From the NCBI GenBank assembly GCA_009914755.4, contig CP068257.2:43776001-43840000 (forward strand): 64,000 bases of DNA, read 5' to 3'. The notes beneath the pieces were generated by a model, which did no database searches, was not told where the DNA came from, and saw only the letters and a list, made by a program, of their open reading frames with translations. Each line of letters begins with the position of its first letter. Position 1 is the stretch's first letter. Positions 50,965 to 64,000 of this stretch are shown one piece after another. The stretch comes from the human T2T-CHM13v2.0 reference genome, Homo sapiens. The translations under genes were made by a program, and so were the position numbers.

Positions 50965-51075
50965 TGTTAGCATTCCCAGATAAACAAAAGCTAAGGGGGT
51001 TAATTGCCACTAGACCTTCCCTGCAGGAAATGGTCCAGTAGTCCAACAGGCGAAATGAAAGGACACTACTCAGTA
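50965..51075 (+). mobile_element. Short L1 ORF1-end fragment in sense orientation, an inverted copy of 51590-51700
   Basis: cattcccagataaacaaaagctaagggggttaattgccactagaccttccctgcaggaaatgg matches the L1 ORF1 C-terminus and is the reverse complement of the sequence at about 51640-51700. Confidence 0.75.
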
Positions 51076-51095
51076 ACAGTAAGTCAAGGAGGCCC

Positions 51096-51400
51096 CCGTT
51101 GCCTATGCACAGAGTGGGGTGGCAGCTGTGCCCCATTGCACCCCACTCTGTGCATGGGCACCGTCCATCCGGCACCAGTCCCTACCCCTTATCAGATGGC
51201 CTGCACCATTAGGGTGGACACCTGCTGGTCTCCTGGTGCCCCCCTGCAGGGCTCTTCCTTGTCCTGCATCTGCTGCAATGCTGAAGAGCAGTCTGGAGCC
51301 AGGCTGCTGGGCCCCCCTCGAGGCTTCCTTGCTAGCCACATCTGTGGCACACACGCATATTTGTCCTTCCTAGACCTCAGCCCCTGACAACCACCATTCT
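51096..51400 (-). repeat. Right (inverted) copy of the 49740-50050 segment, inserted inside an L1 3' UTR; it has a snap-back palindrome at its left end (51100-51165)
   Basis: See the left-copy entry. The copy begins with about 20 bp in direct orientation (tgcctatgcacagagtgggg) and then continues as the reverse complement (tggcagctgtgccccattgcaccccactctgtgcatgggcac...). This forms a hairpin-like junction. Confidence 0.8.
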
Positions 51401-52650
51401 ACTCTGCTCCTATGAATGTGACTTTTTTAGATCCCACATGTGAGATCATGCAGTATTTGCTTCTATGCCTGCCTTATTTCCTTTAGTTTAATATCCTCCA
51501 GGTTCATTCATAAAAAGTGCAGTTACAAACTGTTGTTGCAATACCAGCTTTTATAATTGCCCATGTATTTACCTTTATTGAGATCTTCATTTCTTCATGT
51601 GACTTACTGTTATTGACTAGTGTCCTTTCATTTTACCTGCTGGACTCCCTGGACCATTTTCTGCAGGGCAGGTCTAGTGGCAATTAACTCCCTTAGCTTT
51701 TGTTTATCTGGGAATGCCAATTTCTCCCTCACTTTTGAAGGACAGTTTTACTGGATATAGGACTCTTGGTTAACAGTTTTTTTTTTCTTTTAGTACATTG
51801 AATATATTGGTCCACTGCCTTTTGGCTTCCAAAGTTTCTGTGACAAATCTGCTGATAATCTTATTAAGAAGCCCTTGGATGTGATCAGTTGCTTTTCTCT
51901 TGCTGCTTTCCAGATTCTCTCTCTGTTTTTGAAAGTTTGATGATAATGTAACTTGGTGTGAGTCTCTTTGAGTTTACCTTACTTGGAGTTCCCTGAGCTC
52001 TTAACTGTTTATATTCATGTCTCCCAACAAATTTGAGAAGCTTTCAGCCATTATTTCTTCAGATAGTCTCTCTGCACCTTTCTTTTTCTCTTCTGTTTGC
52101 AGCTTCCACGGCATGCATGCTTCCTTGTCTCTTGATGGTGGCCACAAGCCCCTTAGGCTCTTTTCACCTTTCTTTCATCTTTTGTCTTTGAAAATTTCCA
52201 TTATCTTATCTTCAAGCTCATTAATTTATTCTTTTGTCTGCTCAAATCACCTTCAGATTCCTCTAGTGATGTTTTCAATTTCAGCTATTGTACTTTTCAG
52301 TTCTGTAATTTCTTTCTGGTTTCTTTCAAGGTTTTTATATTGATATTTCCATGTTGTTCATACATCACTTTCTTGACTTTCTCCACACCTTCCTGTAGTT
52401 CTTTGAGCATCTTTAAGACAGTCATTTTAAAGTCTTTGTCTAGTAGATCTGCCATCAGGTCTTTTGCAGAGACAGCTTCTGTTAATTTATTTTTCTCCTT
52501 TGAATGTGCTATATTTTCTTATTGCTTTGTGTGCCTTGTGATTTTGTGTTAAAAAGTGAACATTTGAACTCAGTAATGTGGCTCTTGAATTTTGCCCTTC
52601 ACCAGCGTTCGCTTTTTTTTGTTACTTTTTAAAAAATGTTTTGTGTCTGT
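51390..52650 (-). mobile_element. L1 LINE, antisense: the remainder of the 3' UTR joined to ORF1 by an internal deletion of most of ORF2. It may continue rightwards as diverged L1 5' sequence.
   Basis: RC L1 3'UTR motifs (ccctgacaaccaccattctactct...tttttagatcccacatgtgagatcatgcagtatttg...cctccaggttcattcat) are followed by RC ORF1 (cagggcaggtctagtggcaattaactcccttagcttttgtttatctgggaatg...; ...gctcattaatttattcttttgtctgctcaaatc...tctagtgatgttttcaatttcagctattgtacttttcag...). Confidence 0.8.
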
Positions 52651-53337
52651 GCCAGAAATCTCCCTTAGGTGTGAACTTCAGGTCTTCTCAGGTCTTTTCT
52701 GAGCCTGTCCCTTTCCCTGGGTGTGTGCAGCCACTTTCTAATTTTCCTCTTACATGCTGCTGTTTTTCAATGTCCCGTTCTTTCATGTTTGGCTCCCAAA
52801 GGAGGAATAAGATAAAAATGAGGGAGAAAAAACAGTGCCAGCCCTCTAAATCCCCTTCAAGTCACTTCAGCTGGAAGGGGCAGCTTGCAACAACAGAGGG
52901 AGTGTAAAACAATGGCCCCACCTCCCTGTCTGCACATCTGTGATCCCAGGCAACCTGATCAGAGCACAGGTTCTCGATGTCTGCAGGACAGGGTCCTTTT
53001 TGCCGTCCTGTTTCCCACAAGCTGTGTGGCTGCTGCTCCAGGAACTCGTGCATGGCACCTGCTATGGGAATGGGGGTGGAGGATGGATGTGTGGCTGCTA
53101 TTGTGCCAAGAGCTGGGGTTTAGCTAAATTAACCACCCGTTACCGTCCAAGCCTTCCTGTGGACATTGCAAGCTTTCAGTAGACTCCAGAGTTCCAAAAG
53201 AGTTCTAAGACAAATTCTGCCCATGCACTTGTTAATTAGTTGGGGAGATGGATTCCTGGCGCTTTCCATCTGCCATTTACCAGAGTACTCCAGAATCATT
53301 TTCAAACACGTTTCTTTCTGTCAAGAAATCAAGTCTT

Positions 53338-53644
<307 letters not shown>

Positions 53645-54179
53645 TCAAGTCTTGAGGCATCATCATTGTTATATCATGTGCAGGTGTCTAGCCTGGATGC
53701 CACCCAGCTATGCCAAATGCGGGGAGAAACTCCCTATGGGCACTGTGGCTGGGTCCAGAGCTCAGAGGCTGGAGCTTTGAGAACTGGGCTGGAGCCAAAC
53801 CATGATGGAAGCCTCTAGCTCTCAGGAAGAGACACACATCTGCGGGGGCAGAGTGACCACATTTCCAGGTTGCCCAGCCCTCGGGAGTAGCACAGTGCCC
53901 AGGCACTGGGGCAGAGGTGGATCCCGTAGTCCCTCGGTGGGAGCTCCAAAGCCTCCCGTTTTCATCTCTTCCTCTTCCCAGGATGGGATTTTGGGGATGA
54001 GATCTTCCTGGTGGGCTGGAGTCTGTCCCAGAAGTCAACAGCCCAACCTGGGGCCAAAAAAGACCCTCTTAGATAAGGCAGGCCCTCGGCAAGACTCCAG
54101 CCACACATGAGAGGGTGGAACAGAGCTCCTGAGTCCCACTAACCACGGCCACCTGCAGTGGTCAGGTGGGGGCACCGTG

Positions 54180-54690
54180 TCCATCCCCCCATGGGTTTGT
54201 GCCAATTTGCATATAGGTATGTAGCTTCCTATTGGCGACTGTAAGAAATTGCCACAAATTCAGTGGCTTAAACCAACACAGCTGTCTTACCTTTCAGTTT
54301 TGGAGGTCAGAGTCTGAAACCAGTTCACTGGGCTGAAACCAAGGTGTTGTCAGGGCTGGGTCCCTCTGGGACTCTGGAGGAGAATCTGTTTTCTTGACTT
54401 TTCCAGCCTCTAGAGGCTGCCGCTTCCCTTCGCTCAAAGCCCCTTCTTCCCCCTTCAAAGCCAACGGTGTTGGACAAGTCCTCATGGTGCCATCTTTTGT
54501 CCTTCGATTTTAAGGCTTTGTGTGGTTAGATGTGGATCATCTCCCATCTCCAGGTCCACAGCCTGAGTCCCAGCTGCAGCATCCCCTTGCCACGTAAAAT
54601 TACGCTTGTGGGTTCCAGCTGTTGTGCCGTGGACATCCTTGGGGCCATGGCTCTGCCCACCACAGTTTGTCCATGTGCACGGCTGCACAT
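54180..54690. mobile_element. Probable ancient interspersed repeat (MER-type DNA-transposon-like relic; subfamily not assigned)
   Basis: It contains the motif family ...aaattgccacaaattcagtggcttaaaccaacacag...tttggaggtcagagtctgaaac...ttttccagcctctagaggctgcc..., which I recall from a dispersed human repeat. No TSD was identified. Confidence 0.4.
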
Positions 54691-57600
54691 GTGTACATAT
54701 GCATGGGAGTCTTACTTTGCATTAATGGGATTGCCCTGTGTCTGAAAGTTCCTCTTTCCTTTATCCTGCATCTCAGGAGTCTCCATAACTCCAGGGAGAT
54801 GCTCTGCTCTTCGTGTTGTTCTGGTCTTTTCCTCAGCCCTTCCTGACTGAAGCACTCGCAGGTATTTCTGCTTCTCTGTATAACAGATGACCCTGCAGAC
54901 ACCTGCTCAGCCCCGACTGGCGGGTTCATCGCACAGCCTCGCCTTTGTTTATCAGACACCAGCTGAGCCACCCCACCTGTGCCTGGCGTGGGTTTTGGGT
55001 CAGCGCTGACGGTGGAGAGATTGAATGTTGTAAACGTGTCCGAGTGTCAACAGGAAGTCTCCACCCGGGGACAGGGGCCCGTTTCTTAGGTTGTTTTTAG
55101 CCTTCCGTGGGGGCTCTGCAGCCTTGGGATTTGGTGGAGGTGTTTGTTCTGAGGCCGTTTTTCTTTGATGCCAAGATGTCCCCCCGGGCACTTCACTGCG
55201 TAAGTGCTATGGTGTGATGGAGTGATGATGGTGGCGCACTCTTCAAGCTCTGGATCAGGTTCCGGAAGCTCTGTGTGAGTCTTACTGAGGTGGTTATTTT
55301 CTCTTTTCCCTGGAAAGTGGGCTGAGAGCACTCCATGTGGGCACGAGCGGCCCTGGCTCTGCAGGACTGGAGGGGGCTGTGCTGGAGGGCGGGGGGCTGG
55401 CCAGGCAGCCTTGGATCTTGTCCTCAGGAGCCCTTCAAAGGGGCAGCAGAGACTCCAGGCCCTGTGCCCCGAGGAGTCAGGCTGGGCTGGTTCTGGGGAG
55501 TGTCTGGAGCACCTGATGCTGAGCACAGGCGGGCGTCCGTGGAGTGCACGTGTCTGAGGGTCTCTGAGGGGTTTGCCCTTTTCTTCGGAGCCACGGTGGC
55601 CGTGAGGGATGCAGGACATTGGGTGTGGCCCTCGAGGACTGGCCTGTCTGGAGCCCACTCCCCCGTGGGTGAACGCGGCTCTTGGTGGAGAGCCCAGTTT
55701 GGGGAGAAGGGACGGTCTTGTCCTGGGAGGTGTCAGACAAAGCCGAGCATGGGACTCACAGGAGACCCCCAGTCAGGCCGTGTCAGGGTGAGGCTGGGAG
55801 TGAGGGTCCTGGAAAGTCCGGCTTCTGGGAGAGGGCGCTTTGGCTCAGAGGCTGCCACTGCAGAAGGGATGGACGTCCCCGGTCCCCTAAGATAAGGGAC
55901 CCAAGGGGAGGGGCGGGGACGTTCCACACTGGTGTGAGAACAGCGGAGAGTCCCAGCCAGAGGTACCCGCTGCTCTCCTGCGGGGAGGATGCTGGCTGCA
56001 CTGTCTGTCCTGGGCATATTTAAAGGGGCCTCTGTTAACACACACAGGCCTCCAGAACCATCCACACTTCTGGCTGGCCTGATTCCTGAGGGGGAAATGG
56101 TCTTTAAAGAAGCAAGCACCTTGATCCAAAGGGAGGTGGTCCAGCAGGAGGGGCCGCCCCACCATACCCAGGAAGGTTGAGCTCTCGCACCCGGGAAGGC
56201 TGAGCTCTCGCACCCGGGAAGGCTGAGCTCTCGAAATGGGGTTCAGGCATTTGCTGTTTGATTCCAGGACATCTGAGACAGCTGGGCCTGTACCTCGGGG
56301 AGTGGAGGCTGCGCCATTCTCTGCCCATCCAGCATCTTAGGGCCGGGCATTTGGAAGCTGGCTTCTGAAGGGAGCCCCCAGGAGCTTCGTGGAGAGGAGA
56401 CGGGACAGCTTTGGAAAGGGCGTTGCTGTCACTGGGGTCCCTGGGGCCGCCGGTGTAGCGTGCTGGTACCCTCCAGCCCAGGAAGGTGGCAGCTGCCGCA
56501 TCTTGCTTTCCCAATGACGGAATGTTCTAGGAAGGGTGGTGGGAGGTTTCTCCAAGGTGAACGCGGGGGCAGCTGGGTGGCTGGCACGGCCTCTGGCCCC
56601 CAGGCCGAGTCCTGTTTCCTGATCTTATCACAGCCCCAGCTTGGACATGTGGGACCAGGCACTTCTTATGAGAAAAAGGATCATTGTAACAGCTGCCATC
56701 TGGATGGACGATCATTGTAACAGCTGCCATCTGGGTGGACGGCGGCCTCTGTCTGAGGGGGATGTGACCGCTGGCCCCCAGAGCCCAGGCTCAGCCCGTT
56801 GGGACCCCTCTGCCCCTGGCCCAGACTGTGGCTGCAAAGCCCGGGCTCTGCCTGGCACGGCAGGTGTGCTGGGAAGTCACTCTGAGCAGGGTCTGCCCTT
56901 GAGTGGGTGCTGCCCCCCTCCCGTGGGCAGGAAACGAGGTGTGAGAACTCTGGGCACCGGGGCTGCGTCCTGGCTTGGGCTCCCTGGGCGAGGGATGGAC
57001 AGGGCTCCTTCTGACCCTGGGCTACTGAGTCGAAGTGAAGTCAAGCTCCGCCTGGGCAGGAATGAGTGGAGTGAGTCACCCGGCGCTGTGGGGCATTTGC
57101 ACGGAGCAGCGGGGCTGGTGGGGAGACTGTGGCACGTTGGCAGGTACGTCAGGCATGCAGCCCCTCCAAGGGGTGATTGTGGCCCCGAGGGGAATCAGCA
57201 TGGGGGGGATGGGGAGATACAGCTTGTCCTTGCCACATGAAGCACCTGGCCCAGCAGGTGAGCCGGTGACCGACAGCGCTGGGTGAAATCCCGCACCGTG
57301 TCCTCAGATGCCACGTGGAACCCCAGCTGAGGCAGCCACTCTGGGCGACGCCCCGTAGCCGAGGCTTCGAAGAACACTGGGGTGTGGGGTCAGCCTCCCT
57401 CCTTCCCTGTGGTGGAACTGTGGCTTCACAGTGGAGGCCAGGCTGGGGTGCCGGCCTGGGCTGCTCCAGCAGGGTCAGAGTGGGCGGGCAGGGCACAGGG
57501 CCGGGCGGGAAGGCTGCCAGCCCCAGCCCCTCACAGCTCCTTGCCCCAGCGGGGGTGCCGGCCAGTCCCTGGTCCCTTCTCCCCACTGGCTCTGCCCATC

Positions 57601-57779
57601 AATGCTCAAAGCATGGAAGGGGAAGCCTGTGGACACCATGTCTGCTGTGCCCATCCCTGCTCAAAGCATGGAAGGGGGCCTGTGGACACCATGTCCCGTG
57701 CAGACACCATGTCTCCTGCAGACACCATGTCCCCTGCACACAGGTTTCTGCATGGAGCCTGCCTGTCGTTTGGGAATGA

Positions 57780-58868
<1,089 letters not shown>

Positions 58869-60172
58869 TGACCCCGTGACCCAGAGACACCCCCAGGCCT
58901 GTGCCAAGCCCTGTGGTGAAGTGGGGCTCCCGGCCTCTGACCGGCCGGTCGGGTAAGTGGGGACCGAGTCCAGGCCCAGCCACACGCCTCGTGGCCCCAT
59001 GCAGAATGAAAGCTGGGGTCCTTGTTGAAAACGATGAACGATCCAAAGCTGGCGGCAGCAGGGTGTTGATCCCAGCAGGGTTCTCCTGTGGTAGCTGCAC
59101 ACCCGCTGGGACCAGGGGCTCAGGGCGGCCCTGCAGGTCAGCACCTTTAACAAAGGGTGCAGCAACCCACGCCTGTGAGACTCCACTTTGGAGCACGTGG
59201 TGGGAGTCCCCCAGCGGTGAACGCACGTGGCCGCCTCCACCTGAGTCTCCGGGAAGTCCCTCCAGTGGGCCTTCATTTCTTGGGGTTGGGGGGGTGGACA
59301 GATCCCTAAACCCATGTGGGGTCTGTGTCCAAAGCCCCTGCATTTCTGGGAACCTTTGGCTGGGAACAGCCACATGGGTGACCTCAGCTGGCACTGTCTC
59401 ACAAGTCCCTGAATTCTAGCATTCAAGCTGGCCTGCAGCTGGACGCCCCTGCCCTGGCGGGCCGCAGGGGACAGAAGGTTAATTATTGCCCAGACAAGGG
59501 CTGTTTGTTTGAAGTTGTTCTAAGTCCTGGTGTCTGGGGGTTCTGAAAGCTGACTTTTCACCTTTGGCAGGAACTTTTAACCCTCAGAGCTCAGGAGCCG
59601 CTAGGACGTTGACACCAAACTGGGCCTCTTTGTTTTCCTCTTGATCACAAACATGATTACCGGGAAAGAAGTCAGAGTCACCCCCTCCAGTGAGAGGCAA
59701 TTTGTTGTGTGAGTCCCCAGCCGTTTCTTGGTGGAATAAAGTGGCCCACAAGTGCCGTACATCTTTAACACTGTTAGGAAAAGCGGCTGAGTGCCGAGAG
59801 CTCGGTACGTGGGTGCACAGCTGTGCCCCGATGGTGCTAGGGAGAGCCGGGCCACCGCCCTGCGGTGAGGGCCTCCTCATCAGCGAAGTCCCGTGTGTAG
59901 GAAGAGGGGGTCTGGGTGTTTAATTTTGCATTTCTTGGACTGTGAAGATAGACTTTCATTTTGTCACTTGTTTATTGTCTGTTTGTATTTCTTCCTTTGT
60001 GACTGACCGGTTTATGTTCTTTGTGGTTTTCAATGGGCCCAACTCTCAGTGATTTATACAAACTCCTTATCTTTAAAAGAAACTTCTCTTTGGTTTTGCA
60101 TGCTGCAGATTTTATTTCTACCATGTCATTTGCCTTTTTACCTTGTCTTTTTTTTTTTTTTTTTTTTTTTGA

Positions 60173-60509
<337 letters not shown>

Positions 60510-60654
60510 TGGGATTTGATGTGTTTATGTGGTTAAATCTGGCCTGGAGAAGACACCATGACTTACAACAGCCCAGTGAAACCTTGGAAGGTCAGAGAGC
60601 TGGAACAGGAGGGAGCTAGAGGGCCCTGGGTCTGGCCCTGGGCTGGGGCTGGGG

Positions 60655-60945
60655 CCCTGCTGGGCGTGGGTGGCGTGCAGCAGGCCGTGTGCTGCTGGGC
60701 GTGGGTGGCGCGCTACAGGCTTCGTGCTGCTGGGCCTGGGTGGCGTGCTACGGGCTTGTGCTGCTGGGTGTGGGTGGCGCGCTACGGGCCTTGTGCTGCT
60801 GGGCCTGGGTGGCGCGCTACGGGCCGTGTGCTGCTGGGCCTGGGTGGCGCACTACGGGCCTTGTGCTGCTGGGCGTGGGTGGCGTGCAGCAGGCCGTGTG
60901 CTGCTGGGCGTGGGTGGCGCGCTATGGGCCGTGTGCTGAGGGCTG
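60655..60945. repeat. Minisatellite, about 36 bp x about 8 (tgctgctgggcgtgggtggcgcgctacgggccgtg) in the COL18A1 intron
   Basis: Direct reading. It accounts for the CCWAWVARYG-type ORFs. Confidence 0.9.
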
Positions 60946-61442
60946 TGTTGGTTGATCTCTGTGTCAGGTCCCTGCAGGCCTCAGGTGTCAGGAACTTTCT
61001 CTTTGGGTCTTAGATGAGATTCCAGCTGGGGAGAGGAGAAGCATGCTTGTGTGGTAGAAAAGAAGACAGACTTGTTCAGCACAAGATTTTCTCAGACTTC
61101 TGAATTGAGATACTTGGGAAAGAAACATTCAAGTTGTGTGACTCATAATTTTTGGCAGAAACAAGCACAGAGCTTTGGGAGCAGGGAGGAAACCGAGGCT
61201 TCCTCCTCCTCAGCCTCTCCACAAGACTGCATCGACCCTGGCGCTGCCACAGATGGTGCCTGGGACCCCCGGCCGCAGCTGGGTCCAACAGAGCCCTCCG
61301 GAGCATTGGTTGTGTTCCTCGTCCTAAGAGTCCTTGGGCGTTGTTGGTCTTTTCAGGTTCACTTTCTTGAGTCAGGTTTGTCAGTGGTCGTCTCCCGGGA
61401 AATCATGCACCCCTCCCAGCTGCTGCCGTTGCCTTGAACGTC

Positions 61443-61505
61443 ATTTCCAGCTGTGTCCTGATTTCCAGCTGTGTCCTGATTTCCAGCTGTGTCCTGATTT
61501 CCAGG
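61443..61505. repeat. Short tandem repeat, 19 bp x about 3.3 (tttccagctgtgtcctgat)
   Basis: Direct reading. Confidence 0.85.
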
Positions 61506-61654
61506 GCGCTGAGGCTGCAGCGTGTCGGGAAGCATTTTACATGCTCTTCCCTCACAGAATTCCTGTGAGCTCTGTTTCAGGTGTCTCCGGATTTCATAAC
61601 TTTCAGTCCGAAGTCCCTTAAATATTTACAATGGGCCTGTGGCTTTTGCACTAG

Positions 61655-62240
<586 letters not shown>

Positions 62241-63624
62241 GAAGCGCAGTTTTCTAGAATTCAACCCCAGCTCCTCCCTGGGCCTGACCTGGGGGCTCCT
62301 GAATGTGAAGGCTCAGCTGCTGGGCTGCTGCCCCACCCCCACGCAGTAGGTCCTGGTGGACGGTGGACCCTGGACCCCACGGTGCTGCCCCTGGCCGACC
62401 TGGGGGCACTGTAGGCAACGCCCTCCCCCGCAGTGTGACACTGAGAGCCGCTGGTGCGCTCTGTGAGGCTGAGAACCGCTGGTGCGTTTTGTGGGAAACC
62501 TGTGGGAAACCCAGGGGGCCCACAGGGTCCACACCCCCCCACGCATGAGCTCACACGCGTGCATACGTGATCTCATGTTTGCACACATGTGTCCATGCAG
62601 ATGCATGCTCTCACGCACATGTGCCCACACACTCAGCACTCACACCCCGTCCTGCAGGCTCAGCCCCACTCCTGAGCCACCTGCCTGGGCTTTGGGGGCC
62701 CAGCCGGCATGGGGAGCCCCAGGCTCCAGCTGGCCTCGCTTGGCTCTGAAATCTAGGCCAGGATGCAGAACCCGCAGTGCGGCCAGTGGAGCCCCTGGTA
62801 CTGTGCGCAGCCCCCACCTGGCAGCCCCTTTTCCTGTCAAAGCCCCTCCCAGCGTCCTCTCCCCACCAGGCAAGCTGCCCGCTTGAGGCTTAGGACGTTG
62901 CGCCCTCCTGTGTCCTTGCCCAGCATCCCCGGCCTGCATCTCACCAGGCACCGCCGGCCGCGCCAGGGCCCGAGAGGGCAGGGTCAGGCACCCTGGCACT
63001 CAGCCCAGGACTGAAGATGCCAGAGGGAGCGGTGGGTAGGTGGGTGAGTGAGTGAGATTGGGTCCGGACGGAATGGGCGCAGAGATCCAGGAAACTCCCC
63101 CACATCTGCGGCGTTTCTGTCCTTGGCTTCTGGGTTTTGTTTTTGATGAAAAGGTGAAGTTCAAAGAAAGCAAAGCCATGGTGCCACCTCGGTTGGTCCG
63201 AGTCGGGAGATGAGGCCGCCTGGTGCTTGCGTAAAGCTCCCGGGACTTGGGGTTGGGGGACTTGACCTGCAGCCCCTCGAATCTGCCCGCCCTCCCAGGC
63301 CTTGGATCGAGCCACACCTGCTGTGGTTCTAAACCCGTAGCCCTCAGGTGGCCCATCAGCTGCCTCAGATGAGCCAAGTCTGAGGGAGCAGCCTCCGCCC
63401 AGCCGGGTGCTTTCCACATGAAAGCGCCCAGGACGCCCCTGGGTCTCACCACTTCTTCCTACCATGAGGCATACCGCACCCCCAGGGAGGCTGCCCGAGA
63501 CCCCTTCCCTCTCCGAGACTCTCCTGCCCTTTGTGGGCCCCCCGAAATCTGGAGCTCAAGCAGCACCGGGGTTGCCACTGCCACCTCAGGACCGCTGGTG
63601 ACCCCTTTCTCTGTCTGCATTTAG

Positions 63625-63711
63625 GGGGTGATCGCTGAGCTGAAGGTGCGCAGGGACCCCCAGGTGAGCCCCATGCACTGCCTGGACGAGGAAGGCGATG
63701 ACTCAGATGGG
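63625..63711 (+). CDS. COL18A1: COL18A1 small exon ('exon 5') encoding [29 protein letters not shown]
   Basis: The acceptor ctgcatttag|GGGGTG lies at 63624/63625 in phase 0, continuing ...DKFQ|GVIAEL. The exon is 87 nt and ends GATGGG|gtgagtgac. The peptide matches my recollection of collagen XVIII immediately after the TSPN domain. Confidence 0.85.
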
Positions 63712-63982
63712 GTGAGTGACATCTGGGGCACGGGTGGGGTCTCCCCTCAATCCCTGGCACGCGGAGTTCAGGGCCAAGGTCTATGACAGGAAAAGTCCCA
63801 AAATATACCACTTGGGGCACTGGGAAGCTGCGATACCATTTCTGTGCTCTCCTGTAGCACCTCAGAGCCCTTCCTTGCCCTGAACTTTCCCATAAAAACA
63901 AATACAAAGCATGATATAAACACCAGAAACCACCCTCCATGGCAGCTGGTGAGACAGAGGATGTGAGGCAGCTCAGCAAAGT

Positions 63983-64000
63983 GTGTGTGTGTGTGTCTGT
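63983..64000. repeat. (GT)n microsatellite at the window edge
   Basis: gtgtgtgtgtgtgtgtctgt read directly. Confidence 0.6.

Overview
This window is human (primate) nuclear DNA, not a prokaryotic locus. The evidence is at least seven Alu elements with target-site duplications, MIR and L1 fragments, GT-AG introns, and dense GC-rich minisatellites typical of a subtelomeric region. The only convincing protein-coding signal lies on the + strand and matches, from memory, the collagen XVIII alpha-1 gene (COL18A1, chr21q22.3). It comprises the large promoter-2 first exon ('exon 3', ATG at 45253), which encodes the signal peptide, an acidic/Ser-Pro-rich segment and the frizzled-type cysteine-rich domain (CRD). 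After an 11.4 kb intron comes the exon that begins [11 protein letters not shown] (57964-58508, thrombospondin-N/laminin-G-like), and then a small exon (63625-63711). The window therefore runs from within intron 2 (exons 1 and 2 were not found) to just past exon 5. Everything from 1 to about 45000 is intronic. That stretch holds Alu insertions, an L1 in twin-priming (5'-inverted) configuration with strongly GC-biased decay, many VNTR/minisatellite arrays (the largest about 1.2 kb and 1.1 kb), and one sharply delimited CpG island (about 29040-29560) that could be an unannotated intragenic promoter. I found no tRNA or rRNA gene and no CRISPR array. The long six-frame ORFs are artefacts of GC-rich or repetitive DNA. 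All coordinates for repeats are approximate to about 10 bp. Exon boundaries were counted base by base.
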